Positions 48,601 through 60,576 of a DNA stretch of 64,000 nucleotides are shown here, one piece after another. The DNA is from Macrostomum hystrix (lineage: Eukaryota > Animalia > Platyhelminthes), in assembly GCA_950097015.1 (NCBI GenBank), contig CATNEN010000039.1, positions 5,642,001 to 5,706,000 on the forward strand. The letters run 5' to 3'. The notes under the pieces were generated by a model that did not search any database, had not been told where the DNA came from, and was given only the letters and a program-made list of their open reading frames with translations. Position 1 is the first letter of the stretch, and each line of letters opens with the position of its first letter. Made by a program: the position numbers and the translations under genes.

Positions 48601-51101
48601 GCAGCTTTGAGCTGGTATTAGTTGCTGCACCAATCAGCGTGATCGATTTGGCAGTGAATATAATCTGCCGATCCTCGTTTATAAAGTTGATCAACGAATT
48701 CAAAACCTTTGCCGTGCTCTCGGCTGCAGTGAGAAATGAAACTGTAAAGCTTTGTAGAGGGATCAGCGGATCAACAGAAGAAACACTACAACTATCGATC
48801 GTAAATACGATTAGTTACAATAATTCTTTTTTATTGAAAAGTAAAAATCGGAAATTATCGAAAAGTTCTGAAAAAGACTTATCAACTTTTTCTGTCCCAA
48901 TTTTAGCCAGGCTAAGTTCAGAAAACGACCTCTTTCAGAATACAGTCATACGCTCGTACAAGTTCTTGTAACAGCCACGTCACTCCCCAGCCTTCTCACT
49001 CCCCAGCCACCTCCCTACCCAGCCACCTCACTCCTCAGCCACCTCACTCCCCAGCAACCTCCCTACCCAGCCACCTCACTCCTCAGCCACCTCACTCCAC
49101 AGCAACCTCACTCCCTAGAAACCCCACGTTGCAAGCTTTCTGGTTCACATTTTTTAATTAACCAGCTCGCTACGTGCACTGCGCATTTCTGTAAACAATT
49201 TACTTCTGAGTCCAAATAACTCATGCTTTGAAGTGTAATAGACCAAATTTAATAAATAAAGTATTTTTGTAAAAATAAGAAAGTTTTCATTTGTAAAAAT
49301 ATTTCTTCTTTCTATAATAAAGCGAAAATTGATTCCGACTTATAATAAAAGTTAAATTCGCGCCGACTCTAAAGATTATTTTGTTTAAATTACCATATTT
49401 TGCACAAAATTGTAATGCACAATAGAGACAAAAAAATTAAGGGTATAAACGTCGTCGTCGTTCAATAATAAAAATGAAGTTCAGAAACGAGTTTTTTAAT
49501 TAGGAGAGAAAATATTCGTGTACCTAAAGTGTTGCAATATTTTTTATAAGAATAGAGGTTGAACATACGAAGAATATAATGAGACATCATAAAATAAAAC
49601 TGAACTAAATAAAAACAAAATAAGAAATAAGAAATAATATAAGAAATATATCTACCAAATATACACTTAGAGCTATTGTGAATAAGATATACATATATAC
49701 AACAATAAGAGATAAGAGAAACATTGTTGTCTTATATACTCAGATATTAATAAAACCAGATTCTAAAAATATATTTTATTATAAATTGTGAAATACATTT
49801 TTAAAGTGACGATAATATTAAAGCAATAAAATAAATAAAAAATAAATAAATAATAAAAACTAAAAATAATAAAAGACCCCTAACCAAAAATTTAGTGGCA
49901 TCATTAGAATAAAATATCTTTAAAGTGACAATTAAAGAGAGAAGCAAAAGGACAGAGGTTTACGCACCATAGTCGATTTTATAGACAGAGGCGAAGCTAC
50001 TATTCCCGCAGCCAGTAATGAGAGGCTCCAAGCAGGTGCCGTTGCACTCGGTGTCAGTTTTCTTTTCAAAAGCGTCCATATTGTAGATACACACGCACTC
50101 ATGCTGCCTGCGCATGCCAAAGAAAGGCGACAAAGCGTCCCTCTTGCAGGTCAGTGCGCAGGCTATTTTTGTGAAGTTCGTTCCCATCAGTTTGTAGTAG
50201 CTATCAAAGAAGTACAATTCGGCGAAGCAGCCCATCGGACTGAATTCTGAAGTTCATTATTTTAGATTTTTAGTTTATTTATAATTAATTTTCCCACTGA
50301 AAGCCAGCAGGCTTTTTACGTGTGTTTTGTGTGAAATCTGTCTAACCTCATAACCCAATAAGCTTGTGGGGCTTGAGGTGTGTGAATGATGCCTACCCTC
50401 ATTAACCAATAGGCTTGCGTAGGTTGAGGTGGGCGAATTCTGTCTACCCTCATTAGCCAATCGGCTTGCGGGCGTTTAGGTGTGTCTTAGGTGTCTTTAG
50501 GTGTGTATGATGTCCACCCCTATTGGCCAATAGCTTGCTAGGCTTGCTTGAGGTGTTAGGATTGTTTTACTTACGATAGTCAGTGTTTGTGATCGTGTCG
50601 ACAATTTATCAACTTACTCTCGATGATGACATACACAGACAAAGCTCTGCTTCCACCGCACTTCTCGCTCCGATCCAAGCTGCATGTGATGTTGCAATCG
50701 GACTCTGGCAGTGATTCCAACGCGCCGTAGGAGTTGCCGCAATGGCAGGAGTCGCCATGCATGCCGAAGAACAGGTTTCCATGATCCATGCAGTACATGT
50801 AGCACCTGGCCCTACTCATGTTGGCCCTGATTGTTAAGTTGGCCAATGCGGTGGCCATACGCTCGTAGCAACCGACATACCTGTACTCTGGTGTGTTTTT
50901 CGCGGTATCGAATGAGGAGTTTAGCGAGTGTAGATGATCAAAACACTTTCTATTGGACTTTAAGACGTCTATTCACTCACGTGCTCGCATGTCGAACTCG
51001 GTGAAATTGGTGACCAAAGGAACTGTTTGATTGTCAATCAAAACCGACAGAGCAGACACGAAAAGTCCGGCCTGAACAATGGCCAACAAAGCGAGCCGCA
51101 T
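41799..51101 (-). CDS. Predicted secreted multidomain protein: SP-WSC-WSC-linker-C-type lectin-linker-FTP-like-linker-FTP-like-CUB-insulin-like peptide, about 1206 aa, 15 exons
   Basis: Exons 51101-50981, 50887-50618, 50246-49968, 48723-48520, 48393-47962, 47413-47340, 47049-46878, 46086-45670, 45591-45397, 45303-45124, 45040-44648, 44029-43616, 42808-42789, 42681-42567, 42133-41799. Total 3621 nt in one frame, using 13 GT-AG introns and one inferred GC-AG intron. Confidence 0.7.
42175..42525. repeat. 22-bp G-rich minisatellite (CCACCTTGGATTGGGGGGTCCG) in the B/A-chain intron
   Basis: Visible periodicity. Confidence 0.93.
42860..43600. repeat. 20-bp minisatellite (TTGTTAATGATTCTCAAGGA), about 37 copies
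   Basis: Visible periodicity; fills the intron after the CUB exon. Confidence 0.96.
43616..44029 (-). CDS. CUB domain exon
   Basis: CG...LNYGSEPYTMGMRCQWVI...VLLTFPEF...DYVAVYEG...LLKRFYG...SNHITIVFVTD...KGFVA; phase 1-1. Confidence 0.9.
44204..44515 (+). mobile_element. tRNA-derived SINE
   Basis: GAGTGGCAGAGCGG A-box, GGTCGATTCC B-box, GTGTGCTCAGGAGTCAGC body, (TAT)n tail. Confidence 0.78.
44648..45040 (-). CDS. F-type lectin (fucolectin/discoidin)-like domain exon 2
   Basis: SQSS...KNALD...CAQT..SDRPWWKAKV...VSLYSKRDC...LTLCELVAYG follows the FTP pattern. Confidence 0.78.
45670..46086 (-). CDS. Divergent F-type lectin/discoidin-like domain exon 1
   Basis: C-terminal FECNSAMKGMIVTA...MHMCDLQVFG matches the FTP G.YV...L.LCEV.V.G end; begins ERV like the second copy. 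Confidence 0.6.
46209..46500 (-). mobile_element. tRNA-derived SINE (inverted relative to the 44204 copy)
   Basis: Reverse complement carries GTGAGTGGCAGAGCGGTCTAACGCG, GCTCGATTCCGCGGCGAG, GTGTGCTCAGGAGTCAGC and a (TTA/TTG)n tail. Confidence 0.78.
47962..48393 (-). CDS. C-type lectin-like domain exon
   Basis: CPNGW...RCY...NWTEALQQC...EMNFL...WIGM...YSW...GCVQL...WTSYGC...YICK. Confidence 0.9.
48985..49120. repeat. Short C-rich tandem repeat (CCCCAGCCACCTCACT-like)
   Basis: Visible repeated units. Confidence 0.8.
49968..50887 (-). CDS. Two WSC domain exons (50887-50618 and 50246-49968)
   Basis: YVGCY...MSRARCYMYC...FFGM...CHCG...CNITC...KCGG...SVY, and MGCF...CALTC...FFGM...ECVC...CNGTC...GCG...SVY. 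Confidence 0.9.
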
Positions 51102-52329
51102 TTTGCTGCCACTGACTAGCTATTTATTGCACCTGCAATCACGGAAAGTTTGCACTTTCAGATTAACACTTCTGATTAGCTCAATTAGATTGTTACAGAT
51201 AGGTTGGTAAAAAGTTATTATAATAAATTTATCTATCAATATTTATTCATTCAGTCGGGACGACCTGCTGTTTGTTGTTGCGAGCTTTCTGGCCATAGAC
51301 AGAGAAAACTTTTCTAAAAATTGGTAGCAGACTGAACTAAAGTATGTACACAGCCAAGTCGAAAATGAAGACGCGCAGCACCACCTCGACTCGTCGAAAG
51401 CTTGGTCACAAATGTCAAAATCAAGTAAGACCAACATACGCTAACCTGACTGCCAGCGGCCTCGCCGCACCTGCCAATTTGTCGCTTGGGACAAAATTTC
51501 CTTGCTTATATTTAACGCTAAGAAAGTGAAAAGCATTTGGACCGAAGAACTAGTGGGCTTAGTGCGCACTAGAAGTAACTAAAGGGGAGCTGTACCGAGC
51601 AAGGACTTAAAACATAGACAATGATTAAGTTAACAAAGGGGCGTGCAGGATGCGTAGTCTATGGGCTAAAAGGACGATAGAAGGCGAAACAATTAAAGTG
51701 CAGTGAAACGTACTGATCAACTAATCGGTGAGCAAGAAAGAAAAGAGGAGAGTCGAAGGAAACGACGAGAAGGACTTCTGGAGGGAGCATTTCCGACAAG
51801 GCACATTATATGATGTAATGGTCTCGGAATTAAAGTAGTCTGTACCACAGAATACAGATTCCTCGCTCTGAAGGCGCCCATTAAACGTCTCTAAAATAAG
51901 CAATATACTCGTATATAATACCCTCAAAAAACGTTTCTTTGGTCATGAAGTCGAGGAATCGTTTCTTGGCCGAGGCGCAGCCGACTAACTAACGGCAGCC
52001 CGCCCTCTGCTGTTGTCTATGGTCGAATTCCATAGATTTGCACAGCGGGCGGGCCGCAAAACGCGTTTCACGGCCGCGACGCGCCTCGACGTTTTACCTC
52101 GTTTCAGCCCTCTGCAGCGTATCAATATTGGTATATTCTATACTATACTCACGTACTGGGCAAACATGCAAAAAGGTGTGTACATCTGTCCTGACTTTCT
52201 CATCGTCAGACAGTTTACACTCTCACTGGGCTTTCAAAAAACCCCCCTATTTATCTTTTTCTGCATCTCCCAAAATATTCAAAATCGCCAGGAAAATTTA
52301 GGACACGAGCTAAAATTTTAGCGAACTTG

Positions 52330-54060
52330 GCCGAGTGGAGGCGGCAACGGTCATGTACGCGTAACAGTCCGGTTTCCGCGTGCAGGTCAGATTCCGAAGT
52401 GAGCCCGGTGCATTCGGTCACTGCCAGCAGCGCCTGATTTTGGATCGTCTACAATTTCTGCCAGCTTGAGTCAGAGATGATGCGGTCCCAGATAGGACGT
52501 ACTCGTATTCAAGGACGAAGCGACTAGTCATTCGGTATGTGTCACTCGTTGTCGGCTCCCCATGACGTACCGGTAAGAGCTCTCAGAACCTTGTTACGGG
52601 CTTTCGCTTTTTTAACTGCGGAATATGCTCCGAAAGGGTAAGCTTGGAGTCAAGAGTGACGCCCAGGATCTTCGGATTGGTGACGTGTGGCAGAGGCTGG
52701 CCACGGATAGAAACTCTAAGCGGTTGTCCGTATTGCCTCTGGTCCGGCAAGAACAAGGTGACCGAGCACTTGTTGTGGCAGATGATGAGCTTTCTCTGCT
52801 CCAGGTGACTGGCAAGCTCATTGCAGTAGAAGTTAGGATCATCCTCGATGTCGGCCACCGAAACCTAGGATAAGACGACCGAGAGGTCATCCGCGTAGCC
52901 CGTCAAGGACGTAGGAGGCTCGGGGACGGGATATCCTCTCAGGTAGTAGACTAAGAGGAGAGGGCTGATAGTGCTTTCCTGAGGGACGCCCATGCGTACC
53001 CGCATCCACGGAAAGTAAAAATCATGGAAGCAGGTGCGACATTGCCATCCGCAGAAGTAATTGGCAAGCCAGCAGGTGGCCCAATCTGGTAGCGGAGAGT
53101 CATGCAGGTCGTCGATGACAATCCGGTGCTCGGCGCAGTCGAAAGCCAGTTAAAGATCAATGGCAGTTAGCCCCGAAAGAACCGGTGGCTTAGGCCGACA
53201 GAAGCCATTTGCAATTTGATCGGTGATGGCTGCCAAGGCGGTGATAGTGCTGTATTGTGGCCGTAAGCCGTGCTGCCAGGCAGGAGTAGGCGCTCGATCA
53301 CTTTAGCTGCTGGTGCCAAGAACGATATGGGCCTGTAGGAAGGGGGCAGAGACCGTCTGGGCCAATGGCTTTAGACAGCTTTGGAGACCGCTTCCGTGGA
53401 GAAAGCTGGGGGCTCTGCGAAGGTTTTTCACTCTCCGCCGGGTGCGACGCATCTCCTTGTCGGAGACGTGCGGGCGCGGTCGGAGAAATTGCTTGTTTAG
53501 GCGCATAGCGGCCTCTGTCGTTTTTTTGAGGATGAGGTTGGGCTGCCCAATCGTATCGTTCAGGCGCCTGACGGTGGACCGGAGTTTTGCTGCGACCAGA
53601 GCTAGGTAGGCGAGATTGCTTATCGCATGAGATAAAGTCCAGGAAGCTGTTCGCGACTGGGTCTGCGATCAGGTCCCCCAGTTGCCTCCAAGTTCGAGTC
53701 CCAGGCAGAGTGATGCGCGTTCAAATCCCCTGTAGGCAACATTATCCTGGAGGAGATCGGTCAGGTCAAGCTGGAAGCCAGCCGGGCAGCTGCTGACAGG
53801 CGGTACGTAAATGTTGTTTACTAGCCAAGGCACGTCACAAATGAAGATTTTACAACTGATGCACTCGCGGATGTTGTCCTCGCGGCTGGCTGGCGGAGGA
53901 TGGAGTAATTGGCGATCTCTGGCAGTTCAGCACCGGGACTAAGTTTAGTTTCCTGGATTAGAACTAGATGAATTTTCTGAGATTCTAGGAACAGTTGAAG
54001 CTCCGACCACTTTTTAAGGATATCGTTTCGCGGTCCATTGGCAGATGGTGAGTTCTGGAC
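52330..54060 (-). mobile_element. Decayed LINE (APE endonuclease plus RT remnants)
   Basis: LTICQW and LVLIQETKL (APE N-terminus); YRPISFL, GLRPQYSTITAL, GVPQESTISPLL, GYADDL and KILGVTLDSKL (RT). Multiple frameshifts and stops. Confidence 0.85.
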
Positions 54061-54943
54061 ACGGGCTGAGGGGTCGATCTCGGTCGACTAGCCACTCTGT
54101 CCAGGCCCCGGGTTCTCTTCGATGTCGCCGGCCCGAATAAGAAGCTCGTGGATCAACCTGGCCGGCATTGGTTGTCCGCGTACCGAGAATGGAGGATTGA
54201 CGTTGCAATTGGCGCTGACGTTGACATTCCCATTGGTTGTCTCCATGGTATTCATAATATGGGTTCGATGCTGACTCGGACGGCTTTGAAAGTTAGTTCA
54301 CCGTACAGGGCGGAAAATATTGATTCAGATAGTGGACTTTCACGAAAATCGGTCATTCGGTTTGGGAGCAGCAGGCAGTGGGTATTTGAAATACGTGGTC
54401 TTACTGTTAACAAATTATAAGCCAGATTGGTAAAATTAAGCGAATTCACCTTTTCACTTACGAATGCTCAAGTCACAGGTGTCAGGTCCAGGAGTGAGAA
54501 TAGTTTGCATTTGACTCTTCTGTGAGCTCGGTGACTCGAATCTATTTATCTCAAAATTGAGCACCTATTTTACAATTCAGTTAGCAACTACAGAAAAGTA
54601 GCTAGCTGAATTCGATCGATAGAGAAATATTTTAAGACGATAATTAATCACATAATATAGTATCGACTGTAGCAAAGGCAAATTATAAACTTTTCAACGA
54701 AGAAAGGACGTGGGCATGAGCAGGTGTGCATAAACTTGGCTGGCTTGAGAAGCGTGTGCGAACCAGTGCTTACCAAAATTTTTGGGCGCTGGCATGCAAA
54801 TTACCAATTTTTCACCATACAAACCATAAAAAACTCCAAGAACTTTTTTTGCACTCAGCAGTAAGTAAATACGCTTACTTTCTGGAAACTAGAATGCAAA
54901 ATTGATACAGTTCTTGGGGCAAGACAATCAAACTTTCTGGCGA

Positions 54944-55986
54944 ATCGGGATCTACGATCGGGATCTACGATCGGGATCTACGATCGGGATCTACGATCGG
55001 GATCTACGATCGGGATCTACGATCGGGATCTACGATCGGGATCTACGATCGGGATCTACGATCGGGATCTACGATCGGGATCTACGATCGGGATCTACGA
55101 TCGGGATCTACGATCGGGATCTACGATCGGGATCTACGATCGGGATCTACGATCGGGATCTACGATCGGGATCTACGATCGGGATCTACGATCGGGATCT
55201 ACGATCGGGATCTACGATCGGGATCTACGATCGGGATCTACGATCGGGATCTACGATCGGGATCTACGATCGGGATCTACGATCGGGATCTACGATCGGG
55301 ATCTACGATCGGGATCTACGATCGGGATCTACGATCGGGATCTACGATCGGGATCTACGATCGGGATCTACGATCGGGATCTACGATCGGGATCTACGAT
55401 CGGGATCTACGATCGGGATCTACGATCGGGATCTACGATCGGGATCTACGATCGGGATCTACGATCGGGATCTACGATCGGGATCTACGATCGGGATCTA
55501 CGATCGGGATCTACGATCGGGATCTACGATCGGGATCTACGATCGGGATCTACGATCGGGATCTACGATCGGGATCTACGATCGGGATCTACGATCGGGA
55601 TCTACGATCGGGATCTACGATCGGGATCTACGATCGGGATCTACGATCGGGATCTACGATCGGGATCTACGATCGGGATCTACGATCGGGATCTACGATC
55701 GGGATCTACGATCGGGATCTACGATCGGGATCTACGATCGGGATCTACGATCGGGATCTACGATCGGGATCTACGATCGGGATCTACGATCGGGATCTAC
55801 GATCGGGATCTACGATCGGGATCTACGATCGGGATCTACGATCGGGATCTACGATCGGGATCTACGATCGGGATCTACGATCGGGATCTACGATCGGGAT
55901 CTACGATCGGGATCTACGATCGGGATCTACGATCGGGATCTACGATCGGGATCTACGATCGGGATCTACGATCGGGATCTACGATC
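54944..55986. repeat. 13-bp minisatellite (ATCGGGATCTACG), about 80 apparently identical copies
   Basis: Visible periodicity. Confidence 0.98.
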
Positions 55987-56385
55987 GTAGATTGTAAAGA
56001 ATTGCAAGAAAGCTATATATAAGATATTTAAAAGTTTTGAAGCACAGAAGCACTTTTCCCCGTTCCTGTACAAACACAGCTGTTTTTACCACTCTGTGAC
56101 AGCTATACAATAGTTTACCTAAATTAAGCTGAAATCACAAATAGTTTTTGATAATCTCATTGTAAATTAATCCGGAATTTCCGAATTCCGGGATAAACGA
56201 TAGTAAGAAGGTGTAACAGAAATGCGAAATCTCAGGACTCGGCTGATTGATCAGTACAGCCGATTGTATTTTGTAAAAGTGCACTGGGATTTTCAGTTAC
56301 ACTTGGCCGATGAATTTAAAGGTTCGATAGACACTGATTCGTTTAGTTCCGTTGCTCAGAAAAAAACGATAAAAATAGCTTCAGA

Positions 56386-59300
56386 ATGAAGCACTTTAAT
56401 TTTGAAAATCTCTTAATAATCTTTTTCGTCATCATAAGCGTTGTTATGGCAACAATTTCTGACGCCGTGGCGAGGCAGCGCCGAAGTCGGCTTGAGTTTA
56501 GCCTGCATGCCGTAGACTCTGCACTGGCCTTCCTGAGCCGCCACAAGAACGAAGTCAATCTCGATGGTGTTATAGGCGTGCGCATTGTGCAAGGTTTGTG
56601 CAAACAAACGAGCTGGATCTTGACCCAATCGAGCTGGATCTTGACCCAATCGAGCTGGATCTTGACCCAATCGAGCTGGATCTTGACCCAATCGAGCTGG
56701 ATCTTGACCCAATCGAGCTGGATCTTGACCCAATCGAACTAGGCCTTGACTTAAATCTAGAGAGATCCTAAAAGTTCGATTTTGATCTCCGATCCACATG
56801 AGCAGGCCAGTTCGGCTCCCTTCTGTCACCCGAAGTCGGTGGCAGCCACCTGCCGATGTGGCTGTCCGCCAGCCTGCTGGCGGCACGCGATTTCGCCGGC
56901 GCGTTAGGCGACGTCACCGAGCGGCTGGTGGAAAAAAACTCGCCGAGCTACTTTGCAGGTGAGGCAACTCAGTTGCTTTCAATCCTCGTAGCAGTTTAAG
57001 TAGCAGGTAGGCACAATTTTAGTTTTGGAGGCTGTATGTGATCCATTTGGTCGATCACTTTCGAGGCATACCGCTCTCTGATAGCTTTCAACGAAAAGAG
57101 CTCGCTTAATAAACTCAAATTCATCAGTCTACTATTTGAGCACCCCACATTTTAAGGACAATGCTTTTCTAAGTACACCGCTTACATAACACACCGTGTA
57201 ATCCTTATCCTCCGTGATCTTATCTTTTGGTCTAGCGGTATTCAGGTTAAATTCACGGATTCTTTCTATAAGGATTACTACACCTGATTCGATCTCCAAT
57301 GGCTCGCACTAATGAGAGTTCTTACGTATCTACCTAACTTTATCTATCTCTTCTACTCCGATAGCGTCGTAATCAAAGTAAATTAATATTTGAGATAACT
57401 TTTATAATTCGTTAAAACTGATGAGCTATCGTCGGGGCGGGTTGCGCTCCTGCGGCGCTCCGCGTTTCATATTTATTGATAAAATATCCCCACCTCTCAC
57501 CAGGAGGGTGGGGTGCGTAATGTTGTGGTTAGTTACAGTACACTTGCTTTGATTTGAGTTATGTTGGGTCGCAGCCCCTGAATTTGACATATTTTCTATT
57601 AATCTAGTAGGTTGCCATGCAAGACAACTCCTTTCTTAGGTATGGTCTGGTTATTACATTGGTTGCGTTAGATCGCGTTGGGATGGTGGTCTTTCTATTC
57701 ACTTTTAATATTGATTAATCTCTCCCTTCTCGTCTCTTTTCTGTCTGACCGCCACGCTCGGTTGTCATGCGCCTTCTTTGTCTTCTCCCCTCTTCTCCAG
57801 CACGTTTTCCTCTTGTACCCTCGCCCTCGGCCGCGTGCCGCTCAGACTCGTTTTGGCCGGCGCCGGTTTGACCTGTGGGTGGGTCTCCATTGTTCTTGGC
57901 TGGGGGGTTAGTTTTTTTGCGTCTCTTTTGGCATTTGATGAATTGCGGTATTTTCTACTTTCATTGTCCTTTTCTTATTCTATATCATCTGGTTTTAAAG
58001 TTCTTTAAGTCCCGATCTTCGATGTTATTTCTAACTCTTATACACCGCTCACTGAGCACACTGCTCATTGAGCACACCGCTCACTGAGCACACCGCTCAC
58101 TGAGCACACCGCTCACTGAGCACATCGCTCTATGAGCACACCGATCAGTAAGCACACCGCTCACTGAGCACACCGCTCACTGAGCACACCGCTCACTGAG
58201 CACATCGCTCTATGAGCACACCGATCAGTAAGCACACCGCTCACTGAGCACACCGCTCACTGCATGAGCACACCGCTCACTGAGCACATCGCTCTATGAG
58301 CACACCGATCAGTAAGCACACCGATCACTGAGCACACCGCTCACTGAGCACACCGCTCACTGAGCACATCGCTCTATGAGCACACCGATCAGTAAGCACA
58401 CCGATCACTGAGCACACCACTCACTGAGCACACCGCTCACTGAGCACACCGCTCACTGAGCACACCGATCACTGAGCACACCGCTCACTGAGCACACCGA
58501 TCACTGAGCACACCGCTCACTGAGCACACCGCTCACTGAGCACACCGCTCACTGAGCACACCGCTCACTGAGCACACCGCTCACTGAGCACACCGCTCAC
58601 TGAGCACACCGCTCACTGAGCACACCGATCACTGAGGACACCGATCACTGAGGACACCGCTCTAGGAGCACACTGCTCACTGAGCACACCGCTCACTGAG
58701 CACACCGCTCACTGAGCACACCGATCACTGAGGACACCGATCACTGAGGACACCGCTCACTGAGGACACCGCTCTAGGAGCACACTGCTCGCCTGACAAA
58801 TCGACACGCGATGCGCAAAGAAGCTGCCTGACTGGAACATTTATTTCTCGTTGCTTCCTCACCAAGTGGCGGGCCAGGAGATCTCTGAGCAGCACTGGGC
58901 CAAATTCTTCCCGACACGACCGCTCAGCCAAATTCCCAGGGACGCGAACTACTCCACAAGCAGCAATGGCGTGGAAGAGGCCAGTCCAAGTCGCCAGGTC
59001 AATGAGAACTTCAGCGACCAATGCATTCTGGAGTTCAAGCAGTCCAGTGGGTGAGCTTCCTCAAGGAAAATAGTACACATTAGTGAGTGTGCTCTGAAGA
59101 GTCAGCGGAATGGGCAGAATGGTAGCTGCACTGCAAAAAAAGAGATGTAAATTATTGAGCTGATTGAGTCTAGCAGTGTTTCAGGACCAACTCGCACTTT
59201 ATGAACTTTCCTAGAAAGCCTGGCTGCCAGATCTCGGACCGCTGCTGGAAATTCATGGCCGAGAAAGACGGCGCCGCTGGCTATTACCTGACCCACCAGG

Positions 59301-60021
59301 TTTTTTATCTGGTAAACGGAATGCAGGTAGCAATTTGATCTCAATTCAACTAAACTTTAAAGGCCGAAAATTCTTACCTCAAGTAATCGTCGATCCTCTC
59401 TCATTGAAGAATCTCTTGCATTGAGATCCCCTAACAATATCCCATCGACAAATCCTCCATATCGTTTCTTTTCTAATCGAAACTTCTATTCCACAGTTCA
59501 ACTGCGAGAAGAACCTGACAGACCTGGCGCAGAGAGCGCAGCCTCCATCGGATGCGGGCCACAGACAGCCCCTGATCGACCTGCTGGACAAGAAGTGTGC
59601 TCAAATCTATGGCGAAGCTCTTGGTCTCGAGAGGCAGGGCTTTCCAATACAATGGCGAGATCTCTTCATGGAGCAGAGTAAGAGTTCAAAAGGCGAACTA
59701 AAACTTTTTATAGATCGGGAACTGTCTGAGTTGTATTTTGAGACGCGTCCCGATCTTCCAGTTGCGCTCTGCGGCACCGCCGGCTACACCCGGATCGCTC
59801 AACGACGCTGGCTGTCGCGCGTTGTTGCCTGGCAACGCGCTGACAGCGGTTGCTATGGGCTATTCCCGGAGGAGCAGCCGCGGTCGCCGTGGCGACATGG
59901 CCGTCAGAAACGCGCCGAAAGGCTGATGACAAACGGCTGCTTGTCGCATCGGACCTCCGTGGCGTTGGGCGCCCTGACTGTGTTTGTTAGGCGGGACGTT
60001 GAGGACCTTCTAACGAGCTGA
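56386..60021 (+). CDS. C16orf89: UPF0764 / C16orf89-like secreted protein; exons 56386-56593, 56806-56958, 58867-59050, 59215-59326, 59497-59677, 59762-60021
   Basis: Hydrophobic N-terminus; VNLDGVIGVR, FSDQCI, CQISDRCW...GYYLTHQ, RDLFMEQIALCG, WLSRVVAWQ..SGCYG, KRAER...GCLSHRTSVALGAL match the family. Splice phases are consistent. Confidence 0.85.
56609..56740. repeat. 21-bp tandem repeat (CGAGCTGGATCTTGACCCAAT), about 6 copies
   Basis: Visible periodicity in intron 1 of the C16orf89-like gene. Confidence 0.95.
58041..58790. repeat. 16-bp minisatellite (GAGCACACCGCTCACT), about 46 copies with recurring variant blocks
   Basis: Visible periodicity. Confidence 0.95.
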
Positions 60022-60249
60022 ATGCGTTGCACGGTTCGAAAATACCTGAGCTGATGAATGGAGGTGTTGGATTTCGTAATGTTAAACCCTTATTTGTAAT
60101 CTGGGAGCTATATAATTCTTAAAACTATTGGATTTTCAATGATTGGGATCTTTAATTGTGGGGTCTCGGAACTTGGATCTTGAAGCTATGGGACATTTGA
60201 TTTGAGACATGTGATCTTAGAACTATGGGGCAATTGGAGCCATAGGACT

Positions 60250-60576
60250 TCGGAACTGTGGGATCTCGGAACTGTGGGATCTCTGAACTGTGGGATCTCT
60301 GAACTGTGTGATCTCGGAACGGTGGGATCTCTGAACTGTGGGATCTCTGAACTGTGGGATCTCTGAACTGTGGGATCTCTGAACTGTGGGATCTCTGAAC
60401 TGTGGGATCTCTGAACTGTGGGATCTCTGAACTGTGGGATCTCTGAACTGTGGGATCTCTGAACTGTGGGATCTCTGAACTGTGGGATCTCTGAACTGTG
60501 GGATCTCTGAACTGTGGGATCTCTGAACTGTGGGATCTCTGAACTGTGGGATCTCTGAACTGTGGGATCTCTGAAC
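60250..60576. repeat. 16-bp minisatellite (GAACTGTGGGATCTCT), about 20 copies
   Basis: Visible periodicity. Confidence 0.95.

Noticed and set aside
54902-55990. 362-aa repetitive ORF
   Set aside because: Translation of the 13-bp array, without an ATG start.
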